DNA from: a virus
Lineage: Duplodnaviria; Caudoviricetes
Length of the DNA: 64,000 nucleotides
Reading direction: 5' to 3' (one strand)
Virus record (IMG/VR): IMGVR_UViG_2845860650_000005
Location: 32,001 to 96,000 of that record
Shown here: piece by piece, positions 48,084-58,262 of the stretch
Layout: every line of letters begins with the position of its first letter
Position numbering within the stretch: position 1 is the stretch's first letter
The notes under the pieces: model-generated
Databases searched by the model: none
Seen by the model: the letters and a program-made list of their open reading frames with translations, nothing else
What the model was told of the DNA's origin: nothing
Position numbers and translations under genes: made by a program

Positions 48084-48412
48084 TGATAGGAATTATATTA
48101 ATTGATTTGCCCAGCACCATTGAAGGGGATTACTTTTTTCGTAGCGGAGAAATAGTTCAAGTTGGATATCACAGAGCAAATGGAGAACTTTGTGATGCAG
48201 AAGATGAATATCTTTGGGCAGAAAATTTCGGATGGAATCCAAAATCTAGTTTGGATTTTTTAAATGCTGATGAAGTGGCAATAGTTTTGGAAATTATCAC
48301 TCAAAAAGAAGCTCACGTTTTTCTTGAGCAAGAACTTAGCAAGAAAGGCAGAGGGCAGGAGGCAGAAGGAAATTCTGATTCCTGCCCTCTGCCTTCTTCA
48401 CCGATCGCCTAA
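48071..48412 (+). CDS. Hypothetical protein, C-terminus altered by a 62-bp insertion
   Basis: Without the insert it would end EQELSDRLNS. Confidence 0.6.
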   Translation: MGRMMIGIILIDLPSTIEGDYFFRSGEIVQVGYHRANGELCDAEDEYLWAENFGWNPKSSLDFLNADEVAIVLEIITQKEAHVFLEQELSKKGRGQEAEGNSDSCPLPSSPIA

Positions 48413-48590
48413 ATTCTTGACAATATAAGTAACATTTTTACTTTTTGCCATAAAAGTATGTCATCAGTTCTTGACATATTTTTTTAATCATTAACGCAAG
48501 AATCAATATTTCACCCCTGCATCTGGGGAGTAGTCCCCAGATGCATACCTGAAACTCCTATTATTGCGTTGCACATCAAAATAAGTATCA

Positions 48591-49406
48591 TTACGGTGCT
48601 AATTTAGCCTTTTTGTATCGATGTTCTATATACCACTCGGATAGTAGTGGGGTGTAGATTTTCATAATTTCCAAGACCATGTCTGCCATAATTCTGATTT
48701 CATCTTGGGCATTAGCTTTAGTTCTCAAATCCATCCAGTGCCACAAAGCTTCAATTGTGGATGACATTGAAAAGTCTTGCCTGAAGCATTGGGGTAGTGA
48801 GTACCTAGCATTTTCGTAGGGTTGCCCAAGCGATGTCCTTTTTTTAAAAACAACGCACCGATTATAGTATTCTGCTATATCAAACTCCCGCATAGTTTGG
48901 GTATATTCAAATGAATTGCCCTCGCGATCGCGCTGCCTACCCACTGGCGGAACATAAAAAACCTCTTCTACACTCAATTCCCCACTAGCCACCTTAATAA
49001 ATCTTTCCCCGGTGTACCTACCAGACTGGACTAAATAAGTGGTGTTCTGTTTTACAGCAAGTTCCAATGCAATCAAGTCTTCATCTAGGAGGGTGCAGCT
49101 GTCTTTGTGCCTGACAATTTGCATTACCGTATTGTGATCAAATCCTTTAAAATGAAGCACCACAAACCCGAAATTGAGAACCGAATAATGTCCCCTATCC
49201 CCAGCGAGTTGATGCTTGATAATTGCCGACTCCGATCTAGCATTGCTGGGCGGGACATCTTCCATTGTCCAGTGGTCAGATACACACTGGTGCTGCGATC
49301 GCCAAATTCCTTTCCCTGGTCTAGGGGATGAAGCATCGGTATCCAGTGCCACAGCAAAACCGTATTTTTCACAGATACAAGTGAGGTTTTTTAATTTGTA
49401 AATCAT
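48591..49406 (-). CDS. thyX: FAD-dependent thymidylate synthase
   Basis: GHYSVL, QIVRHK...VQSGRY, ENARYSLP, DLR...AQDEIR. Confidence 0.9.
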   Translation of the reverse strand: MIYKLKNLTCICEKYGFAVALDTDASSPRPGKGIWRSQHQCVSDHWTMEDVPPSNARSESAIIKHQLAGDRGHYSVLNFGFVVLHFKGFDHNTVMQIVRHKDSCTLLDEDLIALELAVKQNTTYLVQSGRYTGERFIKVASGELSVEEVFYVPPVGRQRDREGNSFEYTQTMREFDIAEYYNRCVVFKKRTSLGQPYENARYSLPQCFRQDFSMSSTIEALWHWMDLRTKANAQDEIRIMADMVLEIMKIYTPLLSEWYIEHRYKKAKLAP

Positions 49407-49436
49407 CTACGCCATCCAAAAACAAAACACCATGTT

Positions 49437-49475
49437 AATTCGTAATTCGTAATTCATAATTCGTAATTCGTAATT
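49437..49475. repeat. AATTCGT heptamer array
   Basis: Direct reading. Confidence 0.9.
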
Positions 49476-49503
49476 AAAATATTCAAAGAGTTTCTTTACT
49501 ACC

Positions 49504-49815
49504 ATGATTAATATCGACTTTACAACTGAGGAACTACAAGCACTTTCAAAAGCCATTGACTTTGTTACTAACAACCCGACTCGTGGTGTTAATGAAGCGA
49601 CAAGTAGTGCGATTATTAAGATACAATCGCTTTCTACTAATATAGAATTCACACCCCAAGAAATTCAAGGGTTTGTTTCTGCCATAGGCTTTTTGAAAAC
49701 TAATCCCAAATCCTGCTGGAACGTGCATACTGAAAGTGCCTACAACAAACTTAAAATTGCACTTAATACCTATAACAAATCCCAACCCCAATTACTCGAA
49801 GTTGAAATTCTCTAA
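49504..49815 (+). CDS. Hypothetical protein with internal duplication
   Basis: NIDFTTEELQAL..AI.F and NIEFTPQEIQGF..AI.F. Confidence 0.65.
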   Translation: MINIDFTTEELQALSKAIDFVTNNPTRGVNEATSSAIIKIQSLSTNIEFTPQEIQGFVSAIGFLKTNPKSCWNVHTESAYNKLKIALNTYNKSQPQLLEVEIL

Positions 49816-49817
49816 GA

Positions 49818-50030
49818 ATGGCTAAATATCAAAAGTGTCCCCGATGCTGCTTGGGTCTAATTGATCTTCCCCTTGGATGTATTGGCGAGTGTCCCCAATG
49901 CAAGGGAACCGGACAACTCCCAGAAATCAAACACTGTTGCCCGACAGGATGCGGCTACGAATTAGACCTAACATACAGTGTTATAGGCGCTCGCCCATCC
50001 ATGCCTGACGATTTTTTATCCCCTAAATGA
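49818..50030 (+). CDS. Small Cys-rich zinc-finger protein
   Basis: CPRC, CPQCKGTG. Confidence 0.55.
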   Translation: MAKYQKCPRCCLGLIDLPLGCIGECPQCKGTGQLPEIKHCCPTGCGYELDLTYSVIGARPSMPDDFLSPK

Positions 50031-50878
50031 ATCTTCCACAATACAACTGGTGGGGGTTCGGCAAAAATGAACCTCCAGAGCATCTCAAAACCAAAAAGCA
50101 ACTAGCTGGACTCAAACTCTCGCCAAAGCAACCAGTTGCCTACATCGACACGCCCAAATACACCCTCTACCTCTACGACCCCAGCAACCCCGACTCGGTA
50201 AAACCCAAGCGCCAAGCAACTCCAAAGCAACTGGCAGCACTACAAAAATTAAGAGAAAAACAACAAAAACGAAGAGAATACAGAGATTGGTGGAGATGTG
50301 AGGGTTTTATCGAGCGAGATAGAGCAAATGTCGTACAGTGGGTGCAAAAATTTTTAGAAACTGATGATTGGGTAATTTTGGATTCTGAAACTACAGGTCT
50401 TGGCGATGCCGAAATTGTGGAAATAGCCATCATTGGTTACCAAAAAGAAACACTACTTAATACTTTTGTTAAACCATCAATCCCTATACCTAACGACGCG
50501 ATCGCAGTTCACGGTATTACCGACCAAATGATTGCCAATGCTCCCACTTTTACTGATATTCATCCTCAAATTGTAGAAATTCTGGATGGGAAACGCATAC
50601 TTATTTACAATGCCGAAGCAGACCGAAATTTTTTAAACTATTGCTGCAAATTATATAAACTGCCCAAAATCAAATTTAAAGACCGGACATTTTGCTTAAT
50701 GACTTGGTACGCTCAATGGTGTGGCGATTATAGTAGCTATTGGGGCGACTATAGATGGCAACCATTGGGAGGAGGGCATAAAGCATTGGGTGACTGCCTA
50801 ACTGCCTTTGACCGATTAATGGAGATTGCCAAAGATGACCCCAACTTTAACTTACCAGAAGAATTTAAAGATTTATGA
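50027..50878 (+). CDS. DEDDh 3'-5' exonuclease with N-terminal extension
   Basis: LDSETTG, VHGIT, YNAEAD, HKALGDC. Confidence 0.9.
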   Translation: MNLPQYNWWGFGKNEPPEHLKTKKQLAGLKLSPKQPVAYIDTPKYTLYLYDPSNPDSVKPKRQATPKQLAALQKLREKQQKRREYRDWWRCEGFIERDRANVVQWVQKFLETDDWVILDSETTGLGDAEIVEIAIIGYQKETLLNTFVKPSIPIPNDAIAVHGITDQMIANAPTFTDIHPQIVEILDGKRILIYNAEADRNFLNYCCKLYKLPKIKFKDRTFCLMTWYAQWCGDYSSYWGDYRWQPLGGGHKALGDCLTAFDRLMEIAKDDPNFNLPEEFKDL

Positions 50879-51147
50879 ACAGAGTTTTACACCTTCCAGA
50901 TGGTTCCGATATTAATCTATTGTTAATTACAGATGTTAGTCCAATTGGTGGAGATAAAGACTGGCAAAGATACGTTGTAAATTTTATTGGGGGACAAAAG
51001 ATTGAGATTTATGAAAAACGTAAATATAGCGAAACTCAAATTCTAAAGCAAATGCCGCGCATCGATTTTATTAAAGCTTGGACTGCTGCAATTACTAACA
51101 ATGATAATATTTACTTACCCCAAGAATACCGCGATAAATTTTCATAA
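50875..51147 (+). CDS. Hypothetical protein
   Basis: ATGA overlap. Confidence 0.6.
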   Translation: MNRVLHLPDGSDINLLLITDVSPIGGDKDWQRYVVNFIGGQKIEIYEKRKYSETQILKQMPRIDFIKAWTAAITNNDNIYLPQEYRDKFS

Positions 51148-51443
51148 TGCCCAGGAAATATAATCCTAAATATACTCACTGGCTAAACCCCAATTCTACC
51201 AAACTCTCGGCTTGTGGTGTGCCCACAGGAGTTGAGGAAATATCCCAAGTTACTTGTCCTAAGTGTTTGAAAGTCATTCAAAAGCGATCGCATCTCGCTA
51301 CTTTACCTAAAACTCTCTACGAAGCGGCAATTAGCGCTGTTGGTACAAATTTACCAACATGGGATGAAATGCCTAAAGATTTTCGGCATCGCTACACACA
51401 ATTGGTCGTAAGCGGTATTGAATCTGTTTTTACAAAGACGTAG
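51147..51443 (+). CDS. Hypothetical Zn-binding protein
   Basis: H...ACG...VTCPKC. Confidence 0.6.
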   Translation: MPRKYNPKYTHWLNPNSTKLSACGVPTGVEEISQVTCPKCLKVIQKRSHLATLPKTLYEAAISAVGTNLPTWDEMPKDFRHRYTQLVVSGIESVFTKT

Positions 51444-51587
51444 ATAACATCTGCGATCGCTATAAGATAGGTTTTCGGAGTTTATGCGATCGCCTAAGAT
51501 AGATAAAGTTTAAAATTTTAACCGAGTGTAAAAAATTTTTGGCTAAATTTTACTGAAATCTATCATGTATCAAACAGATGCGATCGT

Positions 51588-52211
51588 ATGCGTACTGAAC
51601 TAACTCAAAAACAGAAAGAAGCGGCTGGATATCTTGCTCAGGGATTAAACAACAATAGGACGGCGGAGGCGGTTGGGTGCGATCGCGTGACTATTGGTAT
51701 TTGGAAGAAAAGCCCACTGTTTCAAGAGTATTTACAAAAATTGATTGCTGAAAGAGAGGCAGACAGAAAGAAAGCTGTAACCAAAGCAGTAATTCAAGAG
51801 GAGTTCGACCGTCGCGCTAGCATCAACGAATGGAAGCAATGTAGAGTCGAGGCAAATAAAAAGAAGCTAGAGCGGGGAAACGAGATTGTTGAAAAAATGA
51901 TGGCTCGTTTCCGCGATTTACCTCCAGAAGCTTATCCTCCAAGTGCGATCGCACAACTCATCAAAGCAGGTGAAGATATGATGGAAGCGGCTTTTGCTGC
52001 GTGGGGAGAAACTATAGATTTAGAAGAAGCCAAGCCAACTTATACAGCAGAAATGGCAGCAGTCCAAAAGTTAGTAGATGCTGGAATTCTTCCTACTTCA
52101 ATTCGTGAAGAAATTAGTGCAGCGTTAGATGAATTTGAAAAGAAAGCGGTGTCAGCGCTCAATCCTGCTAATGCATCAGTAGCAGAAAATTTATCTGAGA
52201 TAAAAGTTTGA
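51588..52211 (+). CDS. HTH protein, probable terminase small subunit
   Basis: LTQKQKEAA.YLAQG.....TAEAVGCDRVTIGIWKKSPLFQEYL followed by a helical body. Confidence 0.6.
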   Translation: MRTELTQKQKEAAGYLAQGLNNNRTAEAVGCDRVTIGIWKKSPLFQEYLQKLIAEREADRKKAVTKAVIQEEFDRRASINEWKQCRVEANKKKLERGNEIVEKMMARFRDLPPEAYPPSAIAQLIKAGEDMMEAAFAAWGETIDLEEAKPTYTAEMAAVQKLVDAGILPTSIREEISAALDEFEKKAVSALNPANASVAENLSEIKV

Positions 52212-52414
52212 AAAATGGTAGTGAATCCAGGACTAAAATTTTATATTGACAATCGTCTTTTAATAGTCAAAAAGCACTATTGTAGGAACTGGGGTGATGT
52301 AGATTTTTGGGAGTGCCAAAGACAAGATGACCAAAGAATAAGTATTCTTCGGACATCTACTATTGAACATTTCTTAAACAATCCATCATCAGATTTATCA
52401 GTAGAATTAGACAA

Positions 52415-52801
52415 ATGTCCGAAACTCAAAACTATGAACCCAAACTGAAAGAAGCCCTAGCCAAAATGGAGGCGATTGCCAAGGAATACGAACTGGGTTT
52501 TGTGATTGCTTTAGCTAGTGCGACCCATTCAGAATTCAAAACAGAATTCCCCGAATGGTCATTAATCCAGCGTACTGAACAGGGGATTCGTTTGCGACTG
52601 CGTTCTAGCGAACCAAAGCTAACTGAGGACAGTGTTTCAGTGCTGTTAGGACTGCGAGATATGTCGGGGATGATGTGCGAAAATTTGTCGATGGTTGTGG
52701 ATGAAGCCAAAAAACACATACAAATCCAGCACAACCGCATTACTGACGATGATGCTATCAGGAATTGGAAACCCAGAAATAAACGCGATCGCAGGAGGTA
52801 G
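52415..52801 (+). CDS. Hypothetical phage protein
   Basis: 128 aa. Confidence 0.6.
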   Translation: MSETQNYEPKLKEALAKMEAIAKEYELGFVIALASATHSEFKTEFPEWSLIQRTEQGIRLRLRSSEPKLTEDSVSVLLGLRDMSGMMCENLSMVVDEAKKHIQIQHNRITDDDAIRNWKPRNKRDRRR

Positions 52802-52802
52802 C

Positions 52803-53952
52803 ATGAACCAAGATATAAATTTTGTAGAGCAAATCACCCAAGAAAAATTTGATTTTTACGAACAGGCGATCGCAAAATATGGACAAGATGTATTGCATAT
52901 TCAAATTGCTGCTAAACCTAAATTTCGACCACTGCCTTGTTCTTTAGAGGAAGACATGGTAACGCCTCTCGTTCCACAAATACGAACTTGTCAATTAAGA
53001 TTGCGACTTGCACAAATTACAAAAGGGCGTAATTGCTGGTGGCAGTATATTAACGAAGGGGAAATTTAAATGTCATTCTCAGTAAATGAAATCTGTATTC
53101 CAAACTGCTTAACTCTAGAACAGTTACAATACGCCATCAAACAACTACCAAACCCTGAAGACACAACATTGAAAGTTGGTGACGAGTGTATTGCTCAGCT
53201 ACCCAAAAAATTCAAGAGTCGGATTAAACTAGGAGAGAAAATACCTACAGAGATGGAAATAGTAAAATACAAATTTACTTTACGAAGTTACAGTTATAAA
53301 AATGAAGAACAGGTTATTTGTAATAAAAAGGTTTGGGTGTTTTTGGGAGATATCATTGTTGAGGTAGAATAAATATGCATAAATCGACTTTTTGGAACCA
53401 GAACATTGACGAAATACAAAAGATTTTTGATGAAGAAACCGAAGCCATAATTTCTGAAGATGAACTCAACAAAGTTGGCGATCGCTTCTATGCCCAAGGA
53501 TACAGACTCATCAAAATTTCTGATTTGCAGCAGCAGATGATGACAGCATCTTTAGAACCGTGTCCCGACACATTGGCTGATAAAATTGAACCCCTAGCCA
53601 ATACAGCGATCGCCATTCTTAGAGAAAATCTAGGAGGTTCCAAACCATCTTCTGCCGACAAAACTCACCTTGCTTTAGAAGTATTGAAAATTATTTTTTC
53701 CAGTAAAGGATAATGGTAAATTTACTCAGTTACACAATTCCAGTTAAACCCCCTATTTCTCAAAAACAATTGAGTTTAACTATTCAAGAACAAGCTCTAG
53801 AAAAAGCTTTTCATGATGGATTGATTGCAGAGCATGAATATTTGGTAGGCTTGCGTATAATTCGCAATTCAGACAAAATTTTAGAATGGGCTAGGCATCA
53901 GGTTGCACAAATTAGCAGGCTACCAAAAGTTAAGTTACTAATCAACAAATAA
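52803..53952 (+). CDS. Run of four small hypothetical ORFs (52803-53069, 53070-53372, 53375-53713, 53713-53952)
   Basis: Abutting ORFs with SD motifs. Confidence 0.55.
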
Positions 53953-53953
53953 C

Positions 53954-54539
53954 TTAACTATTACAATAGTTCACTAACTTTTTAACCAAACTCAATACTA
54001 GATATCCTTCATTTACACTCAGATTTCTAGGTGATTCCCCAATAATTCTACTTACAAAACTACAACGCCACTCAAATGAAATTTCTGAAATTATGCTGTA
54101 TGAAAGCCAGAAATCATAAAGATTAGCTATTTTTTCAACGACCATATCCTGACTTCTAAATATAGACAATGAGGCATTAATACCTACTATTGCAGGATAC
54201 GATAACTGATATTTTTTAACCATGTATTCATAAACTTCAAAAAACATTTCTACGTAGATATCGTTCATGCGATCGCGCTTAATTACCTGGTTTACATTTT
54301 TTGTTATAATTCTCTATCTTTTGACAAATATAGGCGATTGCGGAAGAAGAAATTTGGAATCCGTATTTTTTTCTTTTTTGATTAATTACTTCAGTTATCC
54401 GCCAGATTGCGTGTTGAACTTTTAATGTGTTACCAACATAATATGTAAAAATTGCATCTTTAACACAAGTTTGAGGAACATCTACAGGAAAACTTAGTTT
54501 TATCCAGGGGGAATAATTTAAACCCCAGCTAATCGGCAA
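53954..54539 (-). CDS. Two small hypothetical ORFs (53954-54268, 54279-54539)
   Basis: ORF track. Confidence 0.45.
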
Positions 54540-54804
54540 AACTCCTTGGCATTCCTGTAGACAATTAGGGGTTTGCCAAAAAAAATGTTACGCCTTTTGT
54601 ATAATTTACAGGATAAGAGCATTCTGAAAGGTTTAATATTGTTTTGCCCTTGGATATATGAATAGTAGTATTAAATAAAGTGTAGCTCATACAATATTCT
54701 CCTGATTTTGATTAATAGCAAATGTATCTAATATTTTAGAATACGCTAGGCAAAAGATATCTCGTACTCAATCCGTTGTAGTCTGTATATGGGGGACTAC
54801 GACG

Positions 54805-55458
54805 ATGAAAATAAACCGACATGGAAAAGCTAAGGTGCTGACACAGCAAGAGATACAACTAATCTTCAGTCGCGGGCTAGACAACGGACGAGATCGCACA
54901 ATATTTGGCATCTGTCTATTTAGCGCTGCCAGAATCCGCGAGGCTTGTACTTTGCTGACTTCAGATATCTACACATCTAAAGGACAAGTCAGATCGCACT
55001 TTATCATCAGGAAATCAAACACCAAAGGAAAGCTGGCAACCCGCTCTATACCAGTAATCGAAGACCTCCGGCGATTGCTCATTAAATACCAACCCTTGGC
55101 AGGGGATAACTATCTATTCCCCGGACGCAGCAATGGGCATATCAGCCACGATTCAGCCGCCCGCATATTGAGAACTGCCTGCCAGCAAGTGGGTATTGAA
55201 GGAGCCAGCACCCACAGTTTTCGCCGCACTGCCCTGACCCAAATGAGCAATGCTGGTGTTCCTTTGCGGGTAATTCAGGAAATTAGCGGACACCGCAGTT
55301 TGGAGCAGTTGCAACGTTACTTAGAAATAACCGAAGAACAAGTGCTGGGGGCAGCTTCATCTCTATCTTTACTTTCCCCAGTAGAAGAAAATGTCGGGAA
55401 ATGCATGTTTGACGACATTGGCAAAGAAGTTACTCACCACAGGCAAACTCAATTATAA
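54805..55458 (+). CDS. Tyrosine recombinase (catalytic-domain-only, resolvase-like)
   Basis: RIRE, K, HSFRRT, SGH, Y catalytic set. Confidence 0.92.
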   Translation: MKINRHGKAKVLTQQEIQLIFSRGLDNGRDRTIFGICLFSAARIREACTLLTSDIYTSKGQVRSHFIIRKSNTKGKLATRSIPVIEDLRRLLIKYQPLAGDNYLFPGRSNGHISHDSAARILRTACQQVGIEGASTHSFRRTALTQMSNAGVPLRVIQEISGHRSLEQLQRYLEITEEQVLGAASSLSLLSPVEENVGKCMFDDIGKEVTHHRQTQL

Positions 55459-55507
55459 AGGGGCGATCGCCTGAAGAAGGCAGAAAGTTTTCTTCGGAAG
55501 GGGGATT

Positions 55508-56215
55508 TCAATAATGACTATTGTAAGACCGAATAAATCTTCGCTTGCTTTCTAAATCGTCATAATATTCTATATCACAAGTATCGTTCCCCCATCCAAC
55601 AATGCAAGTAACAACTACTCCAGGATATCTTCCTGGGATGTATTCATAAGGTTCGTGCCCTATTGATTCAACCTTTTTAAGCTTTAACTTCGTCCAAGCT
55701 TGGGAAGCATTAATTCTCTGGGTATTACTTAAGTCCGGATCTAAATACATACGTTGAATATTCATTCTGTATGTATTCCCGTTGTTGGTTCTAAAAATAA
55801 CTGAAGCTATAAAATCGTATAATCCTTCAACAACTCCCTCACTAATACCGTAGGCAGCAATTGTATGACTGAGAGCTTTTCGTCCTAGCCGATTAATCCG
55901 AACTTTATCTTGTGGTTTTAACATATATAAATAAGTACTATTGAGTGCAATTATTAAATCTTTGACTGCTTGCTGTGTTTCAGCCTTAATTAATAATTTA
56001 CCACCATCACAAGCGACCCAAACTACATTTGATAAATTTTCTAAAACTGTGTAATTAGGTGGGCAAGGAGAAACCAAATAAGTATTATCTCCGAGTGATT
56101 TAAAAGTATAATCTTTGCCTTTATTAAGCTCTAGTAACTGCTTCTCAATTTTGCGGGACAAGCGAAGCATTGCTAAAAAAGCAAAGCCAAAAGTGATTAC
56201 CCAAAGAAAATTCAT
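55508..56215 (-). CDS. Hypothetical protein with N-terminal TM
   Basis: 235 aa. Confidence 0.6.
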   Translation of the reverse strand: MNFLWVITFGFAFLAMLRLSRKIEKQLLELNKGKDYTFKSLGDNTYLVSPCPPNYTVLENLSNVVWVACDGGKLLIKAETQQAVKDLIIALNSTYLYMLKPQDKVRINRLGRKALSHTIAAYGISEGVVEGLYDFIASVIFRTNNGNTYRMNIQRMYLDPDLSNTQRINASQAWTKLKLKKVESIGHEPYEYIPGRYPGVVVTCIVGWGNDTCDIEYYDDLESKRRFIRSYNSHY

Positions 56216-56607
56216 GTCGCCTGACTTTTTTGTATTAATTTAATTCTTTTATTTTTTTGGATATCTAAAGCACTAGAGATAGAAACAACTTCATTTAGAT
56301 TTTTGTACAACTCCACATCGGCAGCTAATAAATTACGCTTGTAGCAAATTGCTGCTAAGATACCTCGTGTAATTTTATCTTTTTCTTCACCTGTTAACAC
56401 TCGATAATTTTCTTGGAGAATTGGAAACATAAGAGATTCAACAAATAAATTATATCCGGGATTATTCTCAGGGACATAACAAAGCATTTGAATTGATTCT
56501 TTATCAACTACAACAACAAAAAAATAACGTAATGAAGCGTTATAGGGTTGCGACTCTAAAATATCGCCTGTTGCAATATTCATTTCTTCAAAATTAGCCC
56601 AAGCCAT
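56212..56607 (-). CDS. Hypothetical protein
   Basis: 131 aa. Confidence 0.6.
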   Translation of the reverse strand: MAWANFEEMNIATGDILESQPYNASLRYFFVVVVDKESIQMLCYVPENNPGYNLFVESLMFPILQENYRVLTGEEKDKITRGILAAICYKRNLLAADVELYKNLNEVVSISSALDIQKNKRIKLIQKSQAT

Positions 56608-56609
56608 AT

Positions 56610-56724
56610 TAATTCGTAATTCGTAATTTTTAATTCGTAATTGTAATCAGTAAACCATTATCACTGATTATAAACTCGTATTTGCCTTTTTTAATTACGA
56701 ATTACGACTTATGAATTACGAATT
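56610..56724. repeat. Inverted AATTCGT/AATTACG heptamer arrays
   Basis: Direct reading. Confidence 0.85.
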
Positions 56725-58246
56725 ATAATTGGCTCATCCAATCATAGCTACTGGCATCATCCACATCTTCAGCGAAACTATACGCGAGCGCATCGCCTCT
56801 GTCGGTACTGCGTCCCAATCTCTTAATAATATCCTCCTTACTTTCTACTCGAATTTCACCAAACTTATTTCTAGAACCAGTGCGACTCCATCTGGGGGCA
56901 GTAAGGTCAGCTATTAATTTGGGGTCGTTGGGCAGCGCCACATCGTACCCATTGGCAGGGTCGAGCAATTCTCTTAAGTGCCACCACCAACGAGAACGTA
57001 AATTGAAAAACTTTAGTAACCCACTTTTATCTAAAGCTTCTGTAGCTCCTCCACCATTTAACCCAAACACCAATTTAGTGCCGCGCCGATTTAGGGCATC
57101 CACCACTGCATAACCGACACCCAAAGTATCTACTCGAATCTCTACTTTGTTAGTTTTACGAACAACTTCGATTTGGTCTGCCAAGGAGTCACCATCTGGT
57201 GTTTCTTTGCCTGGAAAAGCAATTATGGGCCCAATCCAATAATGATGCCGAGAAATTATCACGCTCTCGTCGCGTCCACCTCTTGCCACGTCTACACCCA
57301 AATGCGACTGTGGTGCATTTGGCGTCGGCGTCCAGCGTTTGACAGCGGCATCCACCCAGGCGCTCGGTATAACTTGCCAAGGATGGTCAATCTTAGCGAC
57401 TGTGGTAAAGTCTCCTCTTAGTAATTGCGATCGCAGTGGTTCCGGTAACCGTTGCAATACCGACCTATAGTTAGAATTTCTCAAGTAAGCATTATCTTCT
57501 AACCGAGATGGAATAAAGGTACGGCTTCGCGGTTGAATCATTTCCCCTTCGTGTTCAAATGGTTCGCCTGATGGGACTTCTTTCTCCTCATCCCCCACCA
57601 TTGCGTACCATCTGATTTCGCCTGGAGCAGCTGGGTTTGGATGCTCTGGGTTTAGCCAAGCTGCCCAGTACTCTTTAATCCACATTGATTCTTCAGAACT
57701 GGGAGGATTACAAGTAGCGACCACCCGACACCGAACCGATGGGTCTGAAGAACGGTTCCAGGTTATTAAGAACTCGTACTGTTTCTTAGAAAATTCTCCA
57801 AGTTCGTCAAAAGCTTTGAGGTCGTGTTCTACCCCCCGATAGGCTTCTACGCTGTCCTCGTGTTGTACCGCACCAAATTCTAAGGTGCGATCGCCTGGGA
57901 TACCACGCCAGATTTTATCGTTACTGTTATACCGAGCGATCGCGCCTAGAAGTCTGCGTGACTTTTCGATTATGTCCTTGAGTCGGGGATATTCGCGGCG
58001 GAAGATAATAGCCCGTTTGTGGGCAGATGTTCCCAACATTAGCAAGAGGGCCGTTTTACCCCCACCATAGGCATCCCCCTAAAAACCAGCGGCCCCGCCA
58101 AAGAGTAACTCATCTGCCGGGGATAAAAAAGCCTCAGTCTGCGGCCCGTCTTGGGGTTTCCATAACTGATCTAGCAATACCTTGGAAGCCCCTTGCACCT
58201 GTCGCGTTGTCCTGTCTAATGATTTACGTAAAGAGGATAACTTCAT
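56723..58246 (-). CDS. terL: Terminase large subunit, interrupted by an in-frame TAG within a 21-nt insert in Walker A
   Basis: ATG 58246: MKLSSLR...PQDGPQTEAFLSPADELLFGGAAG-F*GDAY-GGGKT..., FDEL, TCNPP, GVDVARGGRD, STDRGDAL. Confidence 0.88.
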
Positions 58247-58262
58247 TACTATTAACTAACTA

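Noticed and set aside
54540-55500. attL/attR prophage boundary or heterocyst-type excision element at the recombinase
   Set aside because: Phage-like genes continue on both sides; no tRNA, interrupted host gene or matching core repeat was found by eye.
11941-56724. CRISPR array
   Set aside because: The repeats are 7-nt tandem units or isolated pairs, with no regular repeat-spacer periodicity and no cas genes.
58079-58081. Genome-wide TAG reassignment (alternative genetic code)
   Set aside because: Other genes are intact in code 11 and several end normally in TAG; read-through would also leave 7 extra residues in the P-loop.
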